Origin: Octopus sinensis
Taxonomy: Eukaryota
Reading direction: 5' to 3'
Assembly: GCF_006345805.1 (NCBI RefSeq)
Contig: NC_042998.1
Location: 105,524,001-105,588,000, forward strand
DNA: 64,000 nt
Part shown: positions 1 to 11,304 of the stretch, in pieces
Position numbering within the stretch: the stretch's first letter is position 1
How the letters are laid out: each line of letters starts with the position of its first letter
The notes under the pieces: generated by a model
Database searches by the model: none
What the model was told of the DNA's origin: nothing
The model's input: the letters and a program-made list of their open reading frames with translations, nothing else
Translations under genes and position numbers: made by a program

Positions 1-26
1 TAAATGATGATGATGATGAGGAGGAG

Positions 27-32
<6 letters not shown>

Positions 33-104
<72 letters not shown>

Positions 105-135
105 ATATATAATATATGTATATATATGTATGTAT
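33..135. repeat. (TACA)n/(TA)n microsatellite
   Basis: Direct simple repeat. Confidence 0.95.
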
Positions 136-1237
136 ATATATAAACATTTCCCTCATTTTTTCTCTCTCCTATAATCAAATTCTTCTATCCCTTCACTTCA
201 TTTTCCAATGTCTCTCCTAGTTTCCATATTATGCACAAACTCCCACCCCCACCATCTTTCTTCCCTCTCTCCCCTCCTCTTTCTCTCATTCACTTATTCT
301 CTATACCTCTGTCATTTTATCATATAATCTCTCTAATTTCCTGTCTCTATTTTTTTCTACTTCTCATTTCTTTCTCACTCCATCCTTTCCTCTCTCAATC
401 TCTCCCCCACTCCCTATTTCAACAGTCTGCTTGCATTACTGCCAACCTATCAATCTCCCACCTATCTAATCTTGCAGTCGTTATAATACCTTATTTCTCT
501 CTCTTTCACCTCTTTCAGCACAGCTTTTTTCTTCAGTGCTGCTTTTTCTTCCCAGTGTTCCAGAAAGAGACCAACCATCATGAAAAAAAGAAAAGAAAAG
601 GAAAACCTTGACATGTGATGTAGTGTTTCGTATGATTGTGAAACCAGCAACTCAGCAACTTTCTGATTATGTTTAACAAAAGTCGACATCTGATGAAATT
701 ACATTGGAGCAATTAACTTTGAAGAAACTTCATTTAGCCATTAAAAAAAACTGATGGATCATTCACTACACAGATTGCTATGAAGTTCATAAACACACAA
801 AAATACATCTAGTTGTCATATTTTCCAAGTAACTTATACATTTTCTTTCGTATATTTACTTATGATAAGACTGTTTATTTCTAGTATTGCACACAGAAGG
901 GAATTTGTCTGATTTATATCTTTAAAAGAATAAAAACCAACTACAAGCCAGAAACTGACAACTGAAAAAACTGATTGCTACGTAAAAAGTGTAAGAATTA
1001 GTTGTTATAATAGATAAAGTGAAAGAATAGTCTTTGATATATATATATATTAGTGTATGTCTGATTATGTGAACAGATGGCTGAAAAAGTATGTGTATAT
1101 AGAATTATATTAACTAAACAAAAAAAGGAGCAAATTAGAATGATAAATATATACAGAAGTATTTATATGTGTGTATGTGTATGCATGTATTATATATGCA
1201 CACACTTGTATATATGCATATATATTTGATATATAAA

Positions 1238-2020
1238 CATCATTATCATCATCATCATTTAATGTCTGTTTTCCATGCTGGCATGGGTTGGATGGTTTGA
1301 CAGGTTTCAGCAAGCAGCAAAGCTGCATCAATCTCCAATGTCAGTTTTGACTTGGTTTCAATAGCTGGAGGCCCTTTCTGCTGCCAACCACTTTACAAAT
1401 GTACTGGCTGCATTTTTGGTGCTAAAGGCACTGGTGAGTTTGCCATGTAAACTTGCAACATAGAAAAAAAGACCAAGGGAAAAGAAAAGCTCACACTATT
1501 AAGAAGGGAATCTTTGGGAGAGGAAGGTGTTGAAAGGCTAATGTATAACAGAGAGACAGGCACAGGTGTCTTGCTATAGAGGAGATATATAGCTGACTAG
1601 ATGAAAGGAAAGAAGTAATGGGGTGCCAGGAAAAACTCTCAAGGTACCAGAGAGTGAATATAAGAGAGGATAGAGACAGTGAGTCATGGGAAGGATACTT
1701 TCATAAGAAGGTGAAAGGGGATAACAGAGATGAGGGTAGAAATGGAGGGAGAAATGAATATAATGAGAGATGAATAAGGGTGGTGGTGCAGTTGAAGGGA
1801 AATACCAGTATGAGAAAGAGTAAGGTGAGAGACATAGGAGTTGTTCAGGAAGAACAGATCAGAAAGTAGTGGAATGATGGGGAAATGTTGAAGCACTGAA
1901 GAGGGGGAGACATAGTGGTTGAAAGGGGTTGTATTAAGTTGGGTGTGATGATAGGTGTAAGAAGGTATTGAGAATAATAACAGATAAAAGAGGTGTTAAG
2001 AATGGAGTATAGTGGAAGGA
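1238..2020 (-). mobile_element. Degenerate 3' end of a CR1-group LINE with (GAT)n tail
   Basis: (CAT)n, then GTTTTCCATGCTGGCATGGGTTGG 3'UTR. Upstream purine-rich block is homologous to 20565-21020, whose minus strand reads an LWNxLP-like C-terminus. Confidence 0.55.
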
Positions 2021-2777
2021 AGAGAGCAGTGGCTGCAAACGTGTGTGTGTGTGTGTAGGTATATGTCTGTGTGTGTGTATGTGTGGGGGTATATGTCTGT
2101 GTGTGCACACATATAAACACATACAAAAAAGCAAACACGTGAGGGAAAAGGAAATAGCAAGAGATTTAAAGATATGTGTTTTGACATACGAATAGTAAAT
2201 GTATTATAGCAAGAAGCACACTTCTGTAATGGTATTTCTCGAAAGAAATGAAAAAGAAAAAAAAAGAACAACAATAAAATATCTGGGAAGGGTGTGTTTT
2301 GTTTCTTTTCACAACCACATTGCCTCTTATATATATTATTTGGCAATCGTTTTTCTCTTTTTGTGCAGTTCCATAGGATTATATCTTATATTGTTAAAGT
2401 TATGATTATGCTTTCAATTCTGCAGGGAAACTTTGAAATATTCTTGTTTCATATTTTTGAAGAATGAATTCTTTGCAAACAGCAGTGAAAAGAAAGTCTG
2501 TAATTAGAAAATGTTCATATTGGCTTTTTGTAATTAAATAAAACAAAAGAAATGGAAACTAATTATTTTCTTTTAATTATTTAACTTCAAACCTGAAGAA
2601 ATTATTTCAGTTCATTTTTTTTTTTCTTTCTATAGTGTATTTTTATATCCAACTTCTAGGTTGGATATTTCTTTAAAGTTTTGCTATTAACATAACATTG
2701 CAAGAGTGGTATTTTTTCAAAACAAGTGTATTTCTTTAATACTCAATTGTAAATAGTTGTTGCTGTGGTCATCATAA

Positions 2778-3148
2778 TTATTACCTCCACCTTAGCGAAG
2801 GTAGAAGTATTGTTTTCAGTTGTGTTTGTTTGCTTATTTGACCATGGACAAGTTATCCCAAGAACCGCTGGATGGATTCAGATGCAACTTTCATTGATGT
2901 TTGGCCTCGTGATTGACACAAACTGATAAGATTTTGGCATCAACCTGGTACCGGACAAGGGTCCTAGATTATTTTTCCTGTTTTTTTTACTTAATTTTAG
3001 AGAGAAGTCAGGTTCATTTTTAGTATTCTCGTTTCTGAGAGCAATCGGGTTTATTTCAGATATTCTCATTTTAAGAATCATCTCTAATTGTTGAGAGAAC
3101 GTTGGTGTTGCCTTAGAAGAGATCTGCACTCTCTGAGAGCTCTTGTTG
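2778..3148 (-). mobile_element. Non-autonomous Helentron-associated (HINE/DINE-1-like) element
   Basis: Terminal hairpin ACCTCCACCTT-AGCG-AAGGTAGAAGT (2783-2808); other end reads AACAAGAGC on the minus strand; no ORF. Confidence 0.55.

Positions 3149-3150
<2 letters not shown>

Positions 3151-3218
<68 letters not shown>
3151..3218. repeat. (TTA)n tract: tail/target of R4/Dong element
   Basis: Direct repeat abutting the element 3' end. Confidence 0.95.
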
Positions 3219-3221
<3 letters not shown>

Positions 3222-3315
3222 TAGTTTTATTTTTATAGCGTGCTTTCACTTCACTACCGAGCGCAGCTCTGTGTGCCTTGGGTATGTGCTGTGATTTGTT
3301 GTGATGCTCTGATGG

Positions 3316-4419
3316 TTATTGTATGGAAAGTGTTCTGCGTAGGATGTGTGCAGTGCCTAGTAGTGCAATTTTCTGTATGTTATATGTGTTTGTAAGTCCT
3401 GGTGTTTTTGTTATGTATTTGTCTGAATATTTTTTTATCATGCCTAATGCACCTACTATGATAGGAATTGTTTCTGTTTTCAGGTTCCACATTCTAGTTA
3501 CCTCTATTTCCAGGTCTTTGTATTTTGAGAGTTTCTCCATTTCTTTTAGAGACACGTTGTCATCTGCCGGTATTGATACATCAATTAGAAAGCATTTTTT
3601 TTCTTCATGATCTCTGACAACTATATCTGGTCTGTTGGCCTTAATTTCTCTATCTGTGTGTATCGGCATATCCCAGAGTATGGTTGCTTTCTCGTTTTCT
3701 GTGACCTTTTCTGGTGTGTGCCTATACCATCTTTTTTCTGTTGTTATTCCATAATGTTGGCATAGCTTCCAATGTATGTAGGTTCCAACTCTGTCATGTC
3801 TGTGAATATATTCCTTCTTAGCTAGGACTGGGCAGCTAGAGATAATATGATTTATTGTTTCTTGTCCATCTCCACATATTCTGCAGTTACTTGTAATATT
3901 TCTTTTCATTACATGTTTTTGGTAATTTCTGGTGGGGAGGCTTTGGTCTTGTGCTGCAATTAAAAATCCCTCTGTTTCTGCTTTGAGTCCTGAGCTTCTC
4001 AACCATTGCTGGGATTTTTCTTTGTCTATTTCTTTTGCGTTTAGTTTAGTGCAGTATTTACCATGAAGGGGCTTTTCTTGCCATCGTTTTATCATGGCTC
4101 GTTGCTGTTCTATTTTTAGTTTGGATTTCATTTGTTTTATAGCTTTTGTTGTTTCTTCATCATCTTCTTCTTCTTCTTTGTGTTTATTAGGTGGTATGAT
4201 TTCATGTTTGTATTTGTCAGCTTCCTTAAATACTGAGAACAGTTTTTTGTTTTGCTCGTGTTTTGCTGCTATCTGGATCAGTTTTCCTTCCTTCTGAAGT
4301 AGGTATTTTTGCAGTCCTATGGTGGTTATTTTATAGTAGTTTTCCAGCTGTATAAGGCCTCTACCACCTTCTATACGTTGTATATATAGTCTTTCTATGT
4401 CAGATTTTGGGTGATGCAT
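3316..4419 (-). CDS. C-terminal half of R4/Dong ORF (thumb, CCHC zinc knuckle, restriction-like endonuclease); frame is open upstream to ~4600
   Basis: CRICGDGQETINHIISSC; RHDRV; NRPDIVVRD...FLIDVSIP; IIVGALG; upstream in frame KEYYRRVRSILKTELNAKNKIIGINTLAVPV. Confidence 0.9.
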   Translation of the reverse strand: MHHPKSDIERLYIQRIEGGRGLIQLENYYKITTIGLQKYLLQKEGKLIQIAAKHEQNKKLFSVFKEADKYKHEIIPPNKHKEEEEDDEETTKAIKQMKSKLKIEQQRAMIKRWQEKPLHGKYCTKLNAKEIDKEKSQQWLRSSGLKAETEGFLIAAQDQSLPTRNYQKHVMKRNITSNCRICGDGQETINHIISSCPVLAKKEYIHRHDRVGTYIHWKLCQHYGITTEKRWYRHTPEKVTENEKATILWDMPIHTDREIKANRPDIVVRDHEEKKCFLIDVSIPADDNVSLKEMEKLSKYKDLEIEVTRMWNLKTETIPIIVGALGMIKKYSDKYITKTPGLTNTYNIQKIALLGTAHILRRTLSIQ

Positions 4420-4568
4420 CCTAGATCCTGTCAGTATTTTTCTTGTTTTCCTATCTATTTTGGACAGTTCATTTCGTGTCCAGTTAAGGATGTTGTAGCT
4501 GTAACTTATAACTGGGACAGCTAAAGTGTTGATACCTATTATCTTGTTTTTAGCATTGAGCTCTGTTT

Positions 4569-5195
4569 TTAGTATTGATCTAACTCGTCTATAATATTCT
4601 TTTTTATTTTCTCTTTCATTTGTGTGTGTTGTGTCTTATCTAGTTCATGAATTCCTAAGTATTTGTAAGTTTGGCTTTGGTCTAATTCTTTTATTTCATT
4701 GGTTTTATCTAGTGTGATGTTGTTACTCTTAACTAGTTTTCCTCTTTTCATGGTTACTTTGGCGCATTTTTCTAATCCAAATTTCATATCTATTTCTTTG
4801 GTAAATCCATGAACTGTCTTTAATAGTGTTTCCAGCTGTTTGTCATTTGCAGCGTATAGTTTTAGGTCATCCATATATAAAAGGTGGCTGTTCGTTTTGC
4901 CGTAACATTTATATCCGCATCCAGTTCTATTTAGCATATCAGATAGAGGTGACAGTGCCAAGCAGAAAAGGAGTGGAGAGAGCGTGTCTCCCTGGAATAT
5001 TCCTCTTCTAATGGGGATGTCTTTGGTTTTCATGAGTCCCTCTTTTGTTTGGAGGTGTAGGACTGTTTGCCATTTATTCATAGAGTGCTCTATGAATTTT
5101 ATGATTGTTGGTGCTACTTTGTTAATGGCTAGTGTTTCGAGGATCCATGTGTGGGGGATGCTATCAAACGCCTTTTTGTAGTCAATCCAGGCCAT
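4569..5195 (-). CDS. Reverse transcriptase part of the same R4/Dong ORF, ended by a 1-nt deletion in an A-run at 4600-4605
   Basis: AWIDYKKAFDSIPH, GIFQGDTLSPLLF, LLYMDDLKLY, FGLEKC, YKYLG. Confidence 0.92.
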   Translation of the reverse strand: MAWIDYKKAFDSIPHTWILETLAINKVAPTIIKFIEHSMNKWQTVLHLQTKEGLMKTKDIPIRRGIFQGDTLSPLLFCLALSPLSDMLNRTGCGYKCYGKTNSHLLYMDDLKLYAANDKQLETLLKTVHGFTKEIDMKFGLEKCAKVTMKRGKLVKSNNITLDKTNEIKELDQSQTYKYLGIHELDKTQHTQMKEKIKKNIIDELDQY

Positions 5196-5234
5196 ACTGA
5201 GGCCTTTCTATTATTATTATTATTATTATTATTA

Positions 5235-5262
<28 letters not shown>

Positions 5263-5265
<3 letters not shown>

Positions 5266-5535
5266 TAGTTTCATTTTTATAATGTGCTTTCACTTCACTA
5301 CCAAGTGCAGCTCTGTGTGCCTTGAGTATGTGCTGTGATGTGCTGTGATACTCTTATGGTTACTGTATTGAAAGTGTTTCGCATAGGATGTGTGCAGTGC
5401 CTAGTAGTGCAATTTTCTGTATGTTATATATATTTGTAAGTCCTGGTGTTTTTATTATGTATTTGTCTGAATATTTTTTTATCATAGGAATTGTTTCTGT
5501 TTTTAGATTCCACATTCGAGTTACCTCTATTTCCA
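5263..5535 (-). mobile_element. Older short 3' fragment of the same R4/Dong family
   Basis: Aligns to 3219-3512 with substitutions and a 21-bp deletion; its (TAA)n tail is 5210-5262. Confidence 0.92.
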
Positions 5536-6593
5536 TGGCTTGAAAGCACGATAAAAATAGCAGTGAAATTAGTATTTATGAGCTTGGGGTCAGTAGCGTA
5601 GCAAACTTAAACATCCAACCATTGAGTCTTAGGGTATTGTAAGTCTCAATGAAGGATAAGAAACCAAAACACAAATTAACCAAACAAAATGGCAAATAAC
5701 ATAATAAAGACAAAAATTCCTTATACTTTAGGGAAATTAAAACATCTTTTCTTATGTTTTCTATCCTTCTTCACTTCCAAGAGATATGTTTATTATAGTG
5801 CAACTTTCATTACTTCTGTGCTATCTTAGGAAAGATGATGTAGTATGTCAGAACAGATATTTGTATGAATGTTTTATGAGTATTTTTCAAGTATGAAATA
5901 AATTTAAGTATGAAGTAAACTTGAGAGAAAGTAGTGCATTATATATTTCAATTAAATAAAACAGCTGCAAATAAAACTGTGTAATATATCAGATCTGCAG
6001 ATCTGAGTAAATCAGTATTAGAAAATTTTAGCCTATTAACATCATGAATCACAGAGTTATTTCCAATTCAATTCCATTACTTAACCCACAAAATTACAAT
6101 GTACTGAGGTAAAGTAAAGAATAAAACATTTATACTCAAGAATAAGAGTAACAAAGTTGGTGACAGAACATTAAAGTGCCATTCTGATTCTTATAACTGT
6201 GTTGTAAAGTGGATTCCTCCCACTGGTGTGATGTGTGACTGCTGTTGTACTGAGGTTGCTGTTTTATGCAAGTATCTACAATAGTTACTATAACCATCAG
6301 ACACCATTGTATCTCTTCGTACTGCAATAGCAATACACTAACTTCTGTCTTACTATTGCTGATAGCTCCACAAGACACTGACTGTCAACACTCTACTCTT
6401 TGACTCTCGACCCTCCCTTGATGATCAACTACTGTTCTATTTATAATGGCTGGTTCCTACCACTTTTTACCGGGAGGGGTATACAGCTTCACTATACAAA
6501 CATCTCCCCTTTTAATTATTTTATTTAACAATCAATTTCTTTTATTCACCCCATCGCCTCCTTTATACATACATACATACATACATACATACA

Positions 6594-6626
<33 letters not shown>

Positions 6627-6642
6627 GTATATAAATATATAT

Positions 6643-6700
6643 ATCATCATCATCATCATCATCGTTTAACGTCCGTTTTCCATGCTAGCATGGGTTGGAT
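6643..6700 (-). mobile_element. Very short LINE 3'-tail insertion ((GAT)n family)
   Basis: (CAT)n-CGTTTAACGTCCGTTTTCCATGCTAGCATGGGTTGG with 14-bp palindrome at 6680-6693. Confidence 0.8.
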
Positions 6701-6768
6701 ATATATGTATCCCAAAATACAGCTAAATATTTCAGCTGGCATGCTAACAAATCTGCCAGCTTGCTGCC

Positions 6769-6804
<36 letters not shown>

Positions 6805-6806
<2 letters not shown>

Positions 6807-7018
6807 GTTTCAAATTTTGCCACAACGGCAGTAATTTTGGAGGAGAGAATGAGTCAATTACTTTGACCTCAGTGGTCAACTGGTACTTATTTTATCAACC
6901 CTGAAAGAATAAAAGGCACAGTCAACCTTGGCAAAATTTGAACTCAGAACATAGCAACAGGCAAAATACCACTAAGCATTTTGTCTAGTGTGCTAACGAT
7001 AGTTCCAGCTTGCTGCCT
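6805..7018 (-). mobile_element. tRNA-derived SINE family A
   Basis: Minus strand: A-box-like GGCAGCAAGCTGG, B-box-like GAGTTCAAATT, core CCTTTTATTCTTTCAGGGTTGATAAAATAAGTACCAG. Confidence 0.85.
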
Positions 7019-7049
7019 AATAATAAAACTAATAATAATAGTAATAACA

Positions 7050-7590
7050 ATAAGTGCTATGATGCAGTACCAGGCAGTGGCTCTCATGGCTCCTGATCTT
7101 AACTGATTGGAAGTGCTATCATGTACATATTTTGTCTTGGTGTGAAAGATGGGCTACAGAAAATACCACAGATTTGCTTGCTTGACCTCATCCAGTTGAG
7201 CATGTCCCTTACTGGCTGACAATATATGCATTTCTAATCATGAGCAGGAGTAGTGAGGGAACATCATAGCTATGTGTTGAGTGGAATTCTTTGGAGTTAA
7301 GATAATTCACCCTTGGAAACATGAGTGTTTCATTCATCATCCTTAAACAATTCTTATTCAGGGACCTTTTGAGCAGGATGGGCTACTCGACCTGAAGTAA
7401 ATTCTAATTGACCTCCATCTGCAAGGTCATGCACTATTTTGATATGAGATCACCATGTTGCACACATGTGATTGTGATGCATGAGCCTGGTGTACCCTTA
7501 TCAGACAGGTAGTTATGATGAGTACATTGGGCTTCGTATATTTGCACCCCAATGTCATATTGATGGCATGTGCTACTCTCTCATTCAATA
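7050..7590. repeat. Unclassified ~540-bp interspersed-repeat-like block between (TAA)n runs
   Basis: GC-richer than flanks, TAA runs at both ends, no ORF; family assignment not supported. Confidence 0.35.
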
Positions 7591-8184
7591 ATAATAATGA
7601 TAAAAATAAATAGATAAATAAATAAATGAATAAAATAGAAGTTTGAAAAACAACACTGATTTAAAGCTATATACTATCACTACTATAGAAATAATGCATA
7701 CTGTGTCATGAATAATATTAATAATAATAAAATACTATTTAATATGAATAATCATTATTTCTTTATTTGTCACAAAATGTAGTCTTTCCCAGATGAAGTC
7801 TCTAGCCTGTGGCCACATGCTGAAAAGAGATTTATTTACATAGGTCATAATAGCCACTCTCACCTACCTTTCAGCAAATTTACAGGAAAGAAACACCTCA
7901 CTTTCAGAAGGAAAGAGTTTGTCATTAGTATTTCTATTTTGTTCACCATACAACCTCTTTTGCCATCAACACCAGGCAGAAGAAAGTTCCCTGCCCTTCC
8001 TGGAAAAAAAACAGTTGTAGATTAATCCTTATGATGGACGTAGATGATAGCCAGGTTCATCCTACACACCATAACATGTTTTGAAATAACTGCAAATAAG
8101 CAAAATTTTGTCACTGAAAAATTGCACCGAGAACAATTTTGTGACTCTGCACACTTTTCAAATGAGTTCCTATTATGGCACTTT

Positions 8185-8385
8185 TATCTTTTACTCATTA
8201 GGCTGCTGCCATGCTGGGGCACTACCTTGAAGGGTTTACTCAAACAAATCAACCCCAGCCGAAAGACTTTGGGCAGTCTAGGGCTATAGTAGAAGACACT
8301 TCTCCAACATGCCATGGAGTGGGACTGAATCCAGAACCGTGTGGTTGGGGAGCAAACTTCTTACCACTCAGCCACACCTACGCCT
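8185..8385 (-). mobile_element. SINE family B, internally collapsed copy
   Basis: Head (GGCTGAGTGGTAAGAAGTTTGCTCCCCAACCAC) joined to tail (CAGCATGGCAGCAG). Confidence 0.7.
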
Positions 8386-8612
8386 TTTGTGAATTATTTC
8401 TAAATTAGGAAGCAGCTACAAACTGTGGGATCAAATACAATTGATTTAATTCACACCAGTGTTTGACAGGTGTTTATTTTATTAACTCCTGAAGAATGAA
8501 AAGTTCTCAACTGGTTCTGTTGAATTATGTTAATAGCTCTTAGAAATTTCATTAGTAAAAATTATTATCTAGACAAATGAAACAAGAAAATATAAGATGT
8601 ACTAAATATATA

Positions 8613-9856
8613 CAGGGGTTGAACAAAATAATGGAAACACCTTAAAATTTCAAGCAAATTTATTTTAATATGGAGTAGGACCACCTTTGGCAGTAATTAC
8701 AGCTTGAATTCTATGAGGTATGGACTCATACAGAGTTTAAATTGTTTCTAAAGGAATTTGTGCCCATTCTTCTGCTAAAACAGTCTCCAGCTCTTCTAGT
8801 GATGATGGAGGAGGATATCAACTCCTTACTTGTTTATTTTTAAATGCACCATAAATGTTCAATAATATTGGAATCTGGGGAATGTGGTGGCCAGATAAGA
8901 TGTTCAACTTCCCTAGAATGTTCTTTGTGTCATTCAGTAACAACTTTAGCTGTGTGAATTGGTGCATTATCATCCTGAAAGATTGTGTTTTCCCCCGGAA
9001 ACAGTTCTGCAACCATACGATGGTCTTGACTATTAATTCTGCCACAAAGGGAAACCATTGGGCTGGCAGATTTCCAAGATATAGCCCCCAGATCATCAGA
9101 GATCCTCCTCTACGTTTAACAGTTGGAGGAGTGCAATCTAGGTCAAATGCTTCTCTTGGCTGTCTCCACACGTATACTCAGCTGGTGGTTGGAAATAAAG
9201 TAAAGGATGACTCATCTGAGAAAATAACATTCTTCCACTGCTCTAGGGACCAATTCTGTAAGTTTTTACTCCACTCAAAATGCTTTGCGATGTTTGTTTT
9301 GGAAAATAGTGGTTTACTGTTTGCAGCCCTCCCGTGAAAACTGGCTTTGTGCAGGCTCCCAGCAAACAGTTTCTGTGGAAACTAGGTTCTCAAGGTGGTC
9401 ATTAAGCTCTGCAGGAATTTTGGGTGCTGTACTTTTGTGATCCTTTCTAACAATTTGTGTAAGAGTCCAACGGTCCCTATCTGAAAGTTTTGGTTTATCT
9501 TTTTGAATTTTGTTTTGATGATGAGGTTTTTCCATCTTTCTCAAAGGCTGTCATTACTTTCAAAACAGTACTTCTTGATACACCAAACATTTCAGCTGTT
9601 TTCATTGTGCTAGCACCTGCCATACGAGCAGAAACAACTTGACCTTTTTGAAAGTCCGATAGATCTGTTACTTTAATGAATTTTAATTACCTTTTTCTGA
9701 TAATATCTGAAAAGAAACAGCAATTTTAGCAAAACATATTAAGCAACACTAATAATAAATCAAAAACATAAAAATAAACAAGCTTTTGATGATTTTATAG
9801 ATATTTCAATATGATGCTATGATACTAGGTGTTTCCATTATTTTGTCCAACCCCCA
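8613..9856 (-). mobile_element. Tc1-family DNA transposon with both TIRs
   Basis: TA|CAGGGGTTGAACAAAATAATGGAAACACCT at left; AGGTGTTTCCATTATTTTGTCCAACCCCCA|TA at right. Confidence 0.92.
8665..9671 (-). pseudogene. Tc1 DD34E transposase pseudogene
   Basis: DLSDFQKGQVVSARMAG..., FSDESSF, GGSLMIWG, QDDNAPIH, WPPHSPDSNIIE, KGGPTPY*; several frameshifts and stops. Confidence 0.9.
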
Positions 9857-10584
9857 TACATATTCAATTATTATTTGACTACATTCAGTGATTGGACAGT
9901 AACTATTTTGTTTCACCAACTTCATTGGTCTTTTAAATTAGACCCATTAATAAGTACTGTTGTAAAATAGTATGATATTTGTTTTATCAACCTTAGATAG
10001 GTAAAAGACGAAGTCAACAATATATTTATATTAATATATAAGCATATAATAGGTGCATATATATGTGGATGAATTAATCCATAATACATTAACACAAGAA
10101 CTTCAAGCATTGGTTACTTACAAGAGAATACACTTTCTTTTGGCAATGATACCCAAATGAGTAAAAAAATTTCTTTTACTAAAATAACTTCTGACATTTT
10201 TAAAAAGCTCAATCTTAGTAAGGTGCTCGTTTACACACCTAGACAGTGACAAAATGCTAACAGATAAGCAGAAAGGCCATAGTGCTGGCTCCTATTCATG
10301 ATAAGACCATCTAATGATAAATTCAAGGGTAATGGAAATGCCAAAAAAGAAACAACATCTCTCAACAGAAAGCATTTATCAGTGTTCCACACAGTTGGCT
10401 TTTTGGAAATATATAAAATATAGGAACTGAATAAAAAAAAAAAAAATAAAACAATTTATAGAATTCCTTGAAAACATATAGAAAACAAGTAATCAGACCT
10501 CATTGTGTGGTATGTTAATGAAATTTGAACATAACTGTTTGTATAATTAAAGCAGGCATTTCTTCAGGTGCCTCACTTTCATTA

Positions 10585-11105
10585 TTATCATCATTATTGT
10601 TTAACGTCCGTTTTTCATGCTGGCATGGGTTGGACAGTTTGATTGAGAATTGGCAAGTCAGAAGGCTGCACTAGGCTCCAATCTGATCTGGCAAGTTTTC
10701 TACAGCTAGATGCCCTTTCTAACACCAACCACTTCGAGAGTGTTGTGGGTGCTTTTTATGTGCTGCCGGCATGGGAGCTAGTCAGGCAGCACTGGCATCG
10801 GCCACCACTACAATTTCACTTGACTCAACAGGTTTTCTCAGGCACAGCATGTCACCAGGCAATTCAAGGCTACTTTTAAATGGACTGGTTATGTAACTCT
10901 GGTATCGGCCACAGCTACGATCTCACTTTACTTCCCAGGTCTTCTCAATTACAGCATATCTCCAAAGGTCTCAGTCGTTTGTCATTGCCTCTATGAAGCC
11001 CAACATTCAAAGGTCATGCTTCAGGACCTCATCCCATGTCTTCCTGGGTCTACCTTTTCCACAAGTTCCTTCTAGTGTCACACCCTAACAGTGGAAGGAA
11101 CCTGT
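10585..11105 (-). mobile_element. RTE-clade LINE 3' end with short inverted 5' piece
   Basis: Minus strand encodes EGTCGKGRPRKTWDEVLKHD; 3'UTR and (GAT)n tail; 11074-11105 encodes CHTLTVEGTC on the plus strand. Confidence 0.85.
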
Positions 11106-11233
11106 TATTCACAATTGTTAATTTTTGTGACACTAGTTCACTTAAACAGTTGAATGGGTATAAGGTTATGATCATTAGCACAAATTTTCTATTTTATAAG
11201 GCTATATAAAAATTATAAGGCACAAAAAATTCG

Positions 11234-11234
<1 letters not shown>

Positions 11235-11264
<30 letters not shown>

Positions 11265-11304
11265 CTTCTTCTTCTTCTTCTTCTTCTTCTTCTTCTTCTT
11301 CTTC
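11235..11304. repeat. (TTC)n microsatellite, ~23 units
   Basis: Direct. Confidence 0.95.

Larger units (their letters stand above)
3219..5208 (-). mobile_element. R4/Dong-clade non-LTR retrotransposon, 5'-truncated, young
   Basis: RT motifs, CCHC knuckle, PD-(D/E)xK endonuclease, ~97-bp 3'UTR, (TAA)n on both sides. Confidence 0.92.

Noticed and set aside
231-611. 126-aa ORF and similar F/L/S-rich ORFs (e.g. 38150-38461)
   Set aside because: Translation of pyrimidine/T-rich low-complexity tracts; no domain or splice support.
11072-11136. Apparent 57-bp solo LTR (TGTCACA...TGTGACA with CTAG TSD)
   Set aside because: The left half is RTE coding sequence in inverted orientation, and it is too short for an LTR.
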